In this document: piece by piece, positions 1 to 6,985 of the stretch
Position numbering within the stretch: the first letter of the stretch is position 1
Layout: the number at the start of each line of letters is the position of its first letter
From: Ignavibacteriota bacterium
Lineage (GTDB): Bacteria; Bacteroidota; Ignavibacteria; Palsa-1295
DNA length: 64,000 nt
Assembly: GCA_963787835.1 (NCBI GenBank)
Contig: CAWBEI010000002.1
Coordinates: 1,760,001 to 1,824,000, forward strand
Direction of reading: 5' to 3'
The notes under the pieces: generated by a model
Seen by the model: only the letters and a program-made list of their open reading frames with translations
What the model was told of the DNA's origin: nothing
Databases searched by the model: none
Translations under genes and position numbers: made by a program

Positions 1-475
1 TAATTCCATCGAGCGATGTGATCTCCGCTTCCAGCGCGCCGATCAACCGGTCTTCCGTCGCCGGCGAGATCTCGCGCTTCATCTCGTGATCCATCCGCAG
101 CATTTGCTGGCTGCCGGCGATGACTCGCGTCTTCACAGTAGTAGGGCGCGTCGCATCCGTGACGATCCCTTCCAGCGGGAACCCAAGATCGGTGAAGATC
201 CCCTTCAGGATGAGGCCCGACGTATCGTCCCCGACGATGCCCAGCATCAGCGGCGTAGCGCCTAAGCCCAAAATGTTGTGCCCGACGTTCGCCGCGCCGC
301 CAAGCCGCGCCTGCTCGCTCTCGATCTCCAGCACCGGAACCGGCGCTTCCGGTGAGATACGCGACACGCTGCCGAACGTATAGCGGTCCAGCATCAGATC
401 GCCCACAACGGCGATCCGTGCCTTCGAAAAAGCGGTGGAAAGGGCTTCGATTCGGGTGGAGGTCAATGGTGTCAT
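1..475 (-). CDS. rfaE1: HldE/RfaE domain I, D-glycero-beta-D-manno-heptose-7-phosphate kinase (PfkB family); 3' end runs off window
   Basis: Manual translation from ATG at 475: MTPLTSTRIEALSTAFSKARIAVVGDLMLDRYTFGSVSRISPEAPVPV...RLGGAANVGHNI. The GDLMLD and RISPEAPVPV motifs are typical of HldE. Confidence 0.9.
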   Translation of the reverse strand, partial: MTPLTSTRIEALSTAFSKARIAVVGDLMLDRYTFGSVSRISPEAPVPVLEIESEQARLGGAANVGHNILGLGATPLMLGIVGDDTSGLILKGIFTDLGFPLEGIVTDATRPTTVKTRVIAGSQQMLRMDHEMKREISPATEDRLIGALEAEITSLDGI

Positions 476-544
476 GTTGGCCGCTATACGCAAACCCAAC
501 AGGATAGTATCCCAGAAAATTGCTTTTCTCCTTTTTCCCTATCC

Positions 545-607
545 TTTCCCTCATCCAGAAATCCGGTAGATCGTGGTCCCATTTCATACTTCATAATTCA
601 TACTTTC
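545..607 (-). repeat. Heptamer plus GGAT-periodic intergenic repeat (second copy at 42161-42215)
   Basis: Reverse complement aattatgaagtatgaaatgggaccacgatctaccggatttctggatgaggg is nearly identical to aattatgaagtatgaaatgggatcacgatccacaggatttcaggatcaggg at 42163. Confidence 0.75.
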
Positions 608-611
608 CCCA

Positions 612-882
612 AGAAACAGGTGCCATTTCTTTTTCTTGCTGAGTTCCCGACACCCTTCGTTTCCAAGCTGTTTTCGCCATTTGTTGAAAAAGTTATCCAC
701 AAAATGCTTTCACTAAGAACTTTTTCATAACGAAAACTACCAAATGCCCCCCAACTTTTACCTCTTACTTCTTACCTCTTATCTCTTACTTCTTACCTAA
801 TTCCCCCGCCGATTGTCAATGAACAAGAACACGAACGCTATTCTTATAGACACTTGGTGCCTATAGTCTCACTTTCAATATA
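612..882 (-). repeat. Dispersed non-coding element copy 1 (promoter, boxA-like motif, DnaA-box-like pair)
   Basis: 612-740 aligns ungapped with 59283-59411 (about 19 mismatches in 129 nt by hand). Shared ttgtcaatgaac (813-824) and ggtgcc-atagtctcactt-caatatac (856-883). TTATCCACA at 693-701. Confidence 0.85.
757..799. repeat. Heptamer tandem repeat (ttacctc/ttacttc)x6
   Basis: ttacctc ttacttc ttacctc ttatctc ttacttc ttaccta. Confidence 0.85.
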
Positions 883-924
883 CTACAATTTCTCGACCCG
901 CCACTAAATTCGAAATTATTATTA

Positions 925-939
925 TTACCATTTTGGTAA
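925..939. promoter_or_regulatory. Palindromic operator upstream of higBA (probable HigA autorepression site)
   Basis: TTACCA-ttt-TGGTAA overlaps a GTAAC-N17-GGTT promoter-like motif (936-961). Confidence 0.55.
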
Positions 940-969
940 CATTTCAATTGCCTTTGGGGTTTGGATGTC

Positions 970-1302
970 ATGAGGATCATTGCGAAGCGGACCTTACAGC
1001 AGTTCTGGGAGCGGCATCCTCAAACGGAGCAGATGCTCAAGGCGTGGTTCGATGAGGCGCGATTTGCGGCGTGGGAGAACCCGAATGAACTCAAACAGCA
1101 GTACCGTACCGTTTCGATCATTAGCAAGAAGCGAGTGGTTTTTAATATTCATGGAAATGACTTCCGATTAGTCGTTGATATTGAATACCGGCTGAAAATT
1201 ATTTTTATCGTATGGATCGGCACACACCGCGAGTACGATAAATTAGATATTACGAAAGTACACTATGTTAAAACCAATCCGAACCGAGCGGGAGTACGAT
1301 AA
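970..1302 (+). CDS. higB: HigB-family toxin (RelE superfamily mRNA interferase)
   Basis: MRIIAKRTLQQFWERHP...RVVFNIHGNDFRLVV...IFIVWIGTHREYDK; toxin-first order. Confidence 0.9.
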   Translation: MRIIAKRTLQQFWERHPQTEQMLKAWFDEARFAAWENPNELKQQYRTVSIISKKRVVFNIHGNDFRLVVDIEYRLKIIFIVWIGTHREYDKLDITKVHYVKTNPNRAGVR

Positions 1303-1624
1303 GGCGTTAAGTACAGCCTACCGCCTGATGCAAAAGGAACTGAAAACGGCGTCGAAAGAGGCCGACGAACTGGAGGTGCTCACCATGCTCATCGAGCGAT
1401 ACGAAGCAGAGCATTATCCGATCGCGCCGCCGCATCCCATAGAGGCCATCGTGTTCCGTATGGAGCAGTTAGGAATGAAACGTTCCGAACTTGGGAAACT
1501 CCTCGGCGCGCCCAGCCGTGCCTCCGAGATCATGCGCGGCAAAAGAAAACTCACACTCGAAATGGTGCGCACCCTCCACGAACGCCTCCATATCCCACTC
1601 GAAAGCTTGGTGGGGAGATATTAG
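1265..1624 (+). CDS. higA: HigA-family antitoxin (HTH)
   Basis: LKPIRTEREYDKAL...LEVLTMLIERYE...HPIEAIVFRMEQLG...SRASEIMRGKRKLT. Confidence 0.9.
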   Translation: MLKPIRTEREYDKALSTAYRLMQKELKTASKEADELEVLTMLIERYEAEHYPIAPPHPIEAIVFRMEQLGMKRSELGKLLGAPSRASEIMRGKRKLTLEMVRTLHERLHIPLESLVGRY

Positions 1625-1654
1625 AGAGACGCGAAGCATCCCCAAGTGGCGGAG

Positions 1655-1877
1655 CCACGATGTACCCGATGGCCCAGGGTGAAGCAAGCATCGCCCACGA
1701 TGCGAGCGGAACCCTGGGATACGAATACGATTAGAATTATTAGCCCTGAAAGGGCGATGTTAATCAACGGAATTTTACAACGCCCTTATCAGGGCTTGAA
1801 AAAACACTTGCATCTCTAACCCAGCATTACGCTTCGCTCCATGCTGGGCTGCGACTACTCCGTCGCTCCGCGACTAA
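1655..1877. repeat. REP/REPIN-like composite palindrome (related copy at 60770-61062)
   Basis: cccagggt...accctggg; agccctgaaagggcg...cgcccttatcagggct; cccagc...gctggg; ends tactccgtcgctccgcgactaa as in the 61041-61062 copy. Confidence 0.8.
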
Positions 1878-2929
1878 GCCTGAGTGGCAAGTTCGCCAGA
1901 TGAAGTAAGGGCATACTTTTTCCCGGTTAGTCGCGTCAAATGTTCAGGCAAACCTCCTCCATACTCCAATGGCTTTGTTCCATTAAATCCGAATGCACCA
2001 GTTATTTCAATGTTAGTATTAAAAGCATTCACAAGACGCTCCACTTGCCTATCATTAATGTTTTGGATTGACCCTAAAGGTCCCGAAATTGAATTCGCTG
2101 ATATCCAAGAAGAACTCGCTTCGATTGCACTAATATATTCGTCTAACATTTTTGGCTCACGCATAAGTATTTTTACCAGGTCAAGAGAAATAGTTATCTT
2201 GTTAAATTTTAACCCCTGAAATTTACCGATAAAACCATATGGGTCTAAGCCACTTTTTATTGCAATGATCGGAACCCCACGACCAAAAGCAAATCCGACC
2301 TCTTGATCTGTCCAAAAGCTATCATGGAAATCATCCGTAAGTAATGCAACGAAAGCATCCATTGTGGCAAGAGCATTCTCAATTTCGTTTTGCCACTCTC
2401 TCGTAGGCTCGACGTCTTCATGTGCCACAAAAGCAGAAATGCCAAAAGGCCGAACTTCCTCTTTAATTTTATTGGCAGTTACTTTCGAGGATGATTTATG
2501 ACTGATGAAAAGCCGAAATCCATTATCATCCCATATACGAGATTGTTGTTGTGGTGTAACTAATTTTTCGCCGGTCAAAAGTAAACCTGATTCACGACGC
2601 CAGTCTGAATCCACCTCAAAATCCATTTCAAATGACACAGTATGAATATACTCATCTCGCACCTTTATTAGCTCATTAAGGTCACCTTTTATTTGATCAC
2701 CTAATGTATTCCGCCTATCAAATATCTGTAAATAAAGAGGTTCTGGAAGAGTAAGCCGCAATACATGACCGTAAGAATCTCTACCAAAATCGTAGTATTG
2801 TTCCACCCCTTCTTCTAACTTAGGTCTGCCATTCACTATGACTGATGCTATCTCTACCAGATTCTTCATTGCATACGCCTTTGATAAGGTTGCAAGGTAT
2901 TTTTCTATCTGTCCAGGAATTTCGAACAT
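1874..2929 (-). CDS. TIR-domain protein (TIR_2-like), putative defence NADase/signalling protein
   Basis: FRLFISHKS...ISAFVAHEDVEP...WQNEIENAL...FWTDQEVGFAFGRG with catalytic-type Glu; markedly AT-rich. Confidence 0.8.
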   Translation of the reverse strand: MFEIPGQIEKYLATLSKAYAMKNLVEIASVIVNGRPKLEEGVEQYYDFGRDSYGHVLRLTLPEPLYLQIFDRRNTLGDQIKGDLNELIKVRDEYIHTVSFEMDFEVDSDWRRESGLLLTGEKLVTPQQQSRIWDDNGFRLFISHKSSSKVTANKIKEEVRPFGISAFVAHEDVEPTREWQNEIENALATMDAFVALLTDDFHDSFWTDQEVGFAFGRGVPIIAIKSGLDPYGFIGKFQGLKFNKITISLDLVKILMREPKMLDEYISAIEASSSWISANSISGPLGSIQNINDRQVERLVNAFNTNIEITGAFGFNGTKPLEYGGGLPEHLTRLTGKKYALTSSGELATQA

Positions 2930-3074
2930 GTATCAATATGGCTCTTTAAAATTCTAATTTCTCATGGAATGTTTTACTGTATTACCGTCACCCATTTCCA
3001 AGAGTTTACCTAAAAGCCAATCTCCCTAAAGATAAATCCCTTCAGCGCGGGCGTTCGTGCGTTAGCTTCGTGGG

Positions 3075-3157
3075 AGTCCGCCGTGGCGGATAGCCCCCGG
3101 TTTCAACCGGGGGTTAAGAAACGCAAATCGTATTAAAGCTCCGTAGGAGCGGCACCC
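3075..3157. repeat. REP-like palindromic element
   Basis: tccgccgtggcgga; cccccggtttcaaccggggg; gctccgtaggagc. Confidence 0.7.
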
Positions 3158-3191
3158 ACTCGTTGGCGGTATTTTTCGCTATGGGGTCAGG

Positions 3192-3924
3192 CTATGTGCC
3201 TATCTTGTCGAGTACGGCACGCTTAAACCAAGCAGGCACTTGGTTCTCCATCAGCACTAATGTCGTACCGTTGGTAATTTCCGCGAGCCATGTGTGTTTG
3301 CGTCCATCGACCGAATTATCGAATACATACGCACGATCTGTTTGCCAGATCGCTTCCATCAAGAGATCGAGCGACCGATACTATCTGCTGACGATCTTAT
3401 CGTCTGGAACCCCATGCCCTCCATTCGCCACACGCTCATGGACACCGGAGACATTGATCATCGGGTCGTCCGTGGCGATAAAATAGAGGTAGATTCGATA
3501 TCCCTTTCCTCTTGCATCAGCCAGCAAGTCGATCTTGCTTTCGTGCGACATCACGGTCTCGAACGTAAATGTTGTGCGTTGTTCCATGAGTTTGTGCCGC
3601 AGAAAATCCGCAGTCGCTGCCGCAAGATACTCGAAATTTTCGATACCATGGAAGATGAGCGCATCACCACCGATCTGGGGATACACGGTTGATCGCGTCA
3701 GAGCAAAAAGGGACGAATGCTCGAAAAATGTTCGTATCTCTTCGGACGTCGAAGTAATTCCCTTCGCCAAAAGGCCGACGCGGCCTGTTTGCTCGATCTC
3801 GCTTTGAATTTCATCCGGGTGTAAGATATACCCCTAAAAGATCGATAGGCAAGAGCGACTTAAGGGTGCTTTTACCGGAACCATTCGGCCCGGCAAACAT
3901 GCGAATGCGTGGGATCGCGTTCAA
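3192..3924 (-). pseudogene. Zeta-toxin-like/AAA P-loop protein, disrupted
   Basis: PRIRMFAGPNGSGKST, then a +1 frameshift near 3820 (YL-NPDEIQ expected), TFTFETVMSH, in-frame TAG at 3381-3383 (SR*YRSLDLL), continuing RAYVFDNS...VPAWFKRAVLDKIGT. Confidence 0.8.
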
Positions 3925-4148
3925 CGGATTTGAATCGGCTTGCCTTTTGCGACGGAGAATGGTGGCTCGATCTTTTTGATCTTCTCACGTCTGCCATCCG
4001 GGAAAACCTTATAGAGGTAGCCGTCCTCGGCAATAAGCACATCCATTCCAGACTCGATCGTCCTCTTAAATGCGGCCGAAAATGCATCGCCCGAACGCGA
4101 TGGAAATGTATTCTCTAATTGCTGGAGCGCTTGCTCATCTTGGATCAT
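3921..4148 (-). CDS. Small protein, probable antitoxin partner of the zeta-like gene
   Basis: MIQDEQALQQLE...VLIAEDGYLYKVFPDGRREKIK; aagga RBS; stop overlaps downstream TTG; GGAAC-N17-GGTT at 4171-4196. Confidence 0.65.
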   Translation of the reverse strand: MIQDEQALQQLENTFPSRSGDAFSAAFKRTIESGMDVLIAEDGYLYKVFPDGRREKIKKIEPPFSVAKGKPIQIR

Positions 4149-4298
4149 AGCCGTTTCCTTTATCGAATTCAACCATGATAATGCTTACAGCGTTCCTATA
4201 CCCACACCCATTATGGGTTCCGGGCGATCATAAATGGAGCATGTTTATGAATCCTATATTTTTCGCCGTGTTCGCGGGGGTGGTAGGGATGGCTCGAT

Positions 4299-4390
4299 CA
4301 CCCCCGAAACGCGATGCGTTCCCGCGTGGTTTGTATGATACCTTGCCATTGCCATCGTAACGGTTGGCTTGCTGTATCTTGCGTTTCGCG
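4299..4390 (+). repeat. Duplicated promoter and 5' fragment of the gene at 5031 (direct repeat of 4986-5112)
   Basis: cccccgaaacgcgatgcgttcccgcgtggtttgta...gccatcgtaacggttggcttgctgtatcttgcgtttcgcg occurs in both; ~34-nt deletion between tgccat microhomologies in this copy. Confidence 0.9.
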
Positions 4391-4405
4391 TTGAAGCTTA
4401 ATCTG

Positions 4406-4738
4406 TTATTTTGTTTGAGGCAGCGCGCGGAAGATCGATATTAGCCGCTCGGTGTCTTCGGCGCTTAGTTCACCGAGATGTGCGATAACCTTTTCGAGTT
4501 TCGTCGTGACCAATCTATCCACCTTAATCATAGATTCCACACGAAGTCCGTTGGTACTGCTTGGTCGCACGCTGAACTCGTTTCTGGTTGGTGAGGCCGG
4601 AACCACGGATTAGATCGCCGCCACGATAATATCATGATAGCGGTCTGCGGTTTCGGCAATGACGGCTGCGGGTCGCGCCTTTAGTTGCGTGAGCTCCGCA
4701 AACGGAAATGGGACAAGGACGATCTCTCCGGTTCGCAT
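4406..4738 (-). pseudogene. mazF: MazF/PemK-family toxin with premature stop
   Basis: MRTGEIVLVPFPFAELTQLKARPAAVIA...DIIVAAI*SVVP...TNGLRVESMIKVDRLVT; in-frame TAA at 4610-4612; TGATG coupling to upstream gene. Confidence 0.8.
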
Positions 4739-4947
4739 CAGGATGGCAGATAATCCTGATACAAATCCTCACGCGGGTCGTTCCAAAATTCGAAGGCGTC
4801 GGAATGCGAAGCCGCCAACCGGGTTTCTTCGTCCGGCGTTAGCTCTTCCAAGAACGTGATCTTCACTCGGAAGTGCTTCCCGCTCGGAATTTTAGCGAGT
4901 GGGACGATCCGGTTTCCATCGTAATAACCTTCGATAGGTGTTAGCAT
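4738..4947 (-). CDS. Putative antitoxin (DUF104/AF2212-like N-terminus)
   Basis: MLTPIEGYYDGNRIVPLAKIP...AFEFWNDPREDLY; translationally coupled to the MazF-like gene. Confidence 0.65.
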   Translation of the reverse strand: MLTPIEGYYDGNRIVPLAKIPSGKHFRVKITFLEELTPDEETRLAASHSDAFEFWNDPREDLYQDYLPS

Positions 4948-5030
4948 AATGCACTAAAGCAATTCATCGCGGAGATAGTTCTTTCCACCCCCCGAAACGC
5001 GATGCGTTCCCGCGTGGTTTGTAGGATACC

Positions 5031-6095
5031 TTGCCATCTTTGAAATCCCCAGCACTGAAATACGCTGCCATAGCCATCGTAACGGTTGGCTTGCTGTATC
5101 TTGCGTTTCGCGGGCAGGATCTGGGCGCCGCGATGGATGCGATGGGCCGCGCGCGCATCGTTCCGCTCCTGGGCGGGTTGCTCATTATGTTCCTTTCGCA
5201 TGGCGTGCGCGCACTCCGGTGGCGTATCGTGCTATGGCCGCTGAAACGGCCTACGAGTTTGTGGCTTGCCTTCAAAGCCACCATCGCAGGTTATGCCATG
5301 AACAATCTTATTCCGCGTTCCGGCGAATTAGTGCGGCCTTACATCATGGCGAGAGGGGAAAGCATCCCGATGGCGGGAACGCTTGCCAGCGTGGTCGTCG
5401 AGCGGCTTGCCGATGTGCTCGCGCTTGCCGCGCTGATCGTGTTCTCGCTCGTTTCCTTCCAAAGTCGCGTGACGAATGTGTTCCCAATGTTCAATGGCGA
5501 TGTTCTTTGGGGTTTGGCCGTGATGCTTATTTTGCTCATCAGTTTGATCCTCGTTTTTTTCAGCGAGCGCCGAACAGAGCAAATGGTTACGCTTGTCACG
5601 CGACCGCTGCCGGCGAAATGGCGCGAAAAGATCATCCAAATGGGCCGCGATTTCTCGCATGGTATCCGTGGATTGGAGAGATCAGCAATTCTGCCGCTTA
5701 TCGTAGGAACTGTCGGCATCTGGCTCCTCTATGGCATTTCGATGTACGTCTCTCTTCAAGCATTTGACGATCCAGCAATGTCGGCCCTCACGCTTCGCGA
5801 TACATTCCTATTACTGACGCTCTCCGGCATTGCGTTCACCATCCCTACTCCAGGTGGCACAGGTGGGTATCACTTCCTCATCAAAACCGGCCTCGCCTCG
5901 ATCTTCGGCGTTCCTCTTGCGATCGCAGCCGCTTACGCCATCGTAACGCACATCCTGAGTTATGTCTCGATAACGCTTGTTGGCCTGGGATTTTTACTGA
6001 AAGAGGGAATCTCTTTCGGCGCAGCAAAGAATCTTCAAACTTCTTCCACCCAAATACCGGCGAGGACGCCGGCGATACAGCATTCCGATGGTTGA
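5031..6095 (+). CDS. Lysylphosphatidylglycerol synthase TM / UPF0104 flippase-like membrane protein
   Basis: RALRWRIVL...GYAMNNLIPRSGELVRPY...SVVVERLADV...PTPGGTGGYH. Confidence 0.85.
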   Translation: MPSLKSPALKYAAIAIVTVGLLYLAFRGQDLGAAMDAMGRARIVPLLGGLLIMFLSHGVRALRWRIVLWPLKRPTSLWLAFKATIAGYAMNNLIPRSGELVRPYIMARGESIPMAGTLASVVVERLADVLALAALIVFSLVSFQSRVTNVFPMFNGDVLWGLAVMLILLISLILVFFSERRTEQMVTLVTRPLPAKWREKIIQMGRDFSHGIRGLERSAILPLIVGTVGIWLLYGISMYVSLQAFDDPAMSALTLRDTFLLLTLSGIAFTIPTPGGTGGYHFLIKTGLASIFGVPLAIAAAYAIVTHILSYVSITLVGLGFLLKEGISFGAAKNLQTSSTQIPARTPAIQHSDG

Positions 6096-6915
6096 TATTC
6101 ATTGCCATATCGTTCCAGGAGTGGATGACGGCGCAGTGTCGCTGGAAATGTCGCTTGCGATGATCGAGGAGGCGAAGCGCTGCGGTGTCACCTCGATCTT
6201 AACCACTCCCCATATTCGCGGGCGTGAAGATGAACTGCCGCGGCATCAGCATCATAAAGAAAAATTCCAAAGGATTCTCGATGCAAAACCGGATATGGAT
6301 CTGCATCTGGGTGGGGAAGTGCGCGTTACGTCCGAAACGCATACGGTGGTGGATCGTCCGGAATTCACCGCCGATGAAAAGCTGAAATATATTCTTCTGG
6401 AACTGGAATTTGAACAGGTACCATTGTATTTCAATCAGTTGCTGTTTGAATACCGGCTTCGCGGCATCACGCCTATCGTTGCTCACCCGGAGCGGAATGT
6501 CGGCGTGATAAAGAATCCCTTGTTGGCTCTGGAATTCGTTCGGCAAGGCGCGCGGTTACAACTAACAACGGGTTCGCTCATAGGTGAACTTGGAGAGACG
6601 TTTCAAAATTGCGCGCTTCTGCTTCTCGAATGCGGGCTTATCAGCTTTTTGGCCAGCGATGCGCATAATCTAACGACCCGCCGATTCACAAACTGGACGG
6701 CAGCATACGATTATGCCCGCTCAATGGAAGGACGAACCGATTTTGTCCTTCCCATCAGCGCGGATGACCTTTGCACGAACAATCCTAAAGCGGTTTGCGA
6801 AGGAACTCCGCTCCCCGCTATCGAACTGGATGACCGTGCCTTGTCGAAAATTGGGGAGCGGCTTCTGAAAAAAACTGCCCCAATAGTGAAACGAAAGCGG
6901 TTCTTCTTTTTGTAG
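6088..6915 (+). CDS. CpsB/CapC-family PHP tyrosine-protein phosphatase
   Basis: MVDIHCHIVPGVDDGA...TTPH...PIVAHPERN...LASDAHN. Confidence 0.9.
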   Translation: MVDIHCHIVPGVDDGAVSLEMSLAMIEEAKRCGVTSILTTPHIRGREDELPRHQHHKEKFQRILDAKPDMDLHLGGEVRVTSETHTVVDRPEFTADEKLKYILLELEFEQVPLYFNQLLFEYRLRGITPIVAHPERNVGVIKNPLLALEFVRQGARLQLTTGSLIGELGETFQNCALLLLECGLISFLASDAHNLTTRRFTNWTAAYDYARSMEGRTDFVLPISADDLCTNNPKAVCEGTPLPAIELDDRALSKIGERLLKKTAPIVKRKRFFFL

Positions 6916-6985
6916 TAGGGGATACATGACAGATAAGCCTGCCATTTTCCAGATCTGTTTGCCACACAAGTAATATCACGATACT

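Noticed and set aside
681-702. Replication origin (oriC) from DnaA boxes
   Set aside because: Only two boxes, inside a repeated element, with no dnaA/dnaN/gidA context.
813-824. rRNA operon leader
   Set aside because: The boxA-like motif is present but no 16S/23S sequence follows either copy.
3381-4612. Stop-codon reassignment explaining in-frame TAG/TAA
   Set aside because: TAG and TAA end many normal genes in the window, and the zeta-like gene also has a frameshift.
970-4947. Classical integron cassette array
   Set aside because: No intI gene, mixed gene orientation, and I could not identify RYYYAAC...GTTRRRY attC pairs with confidence.
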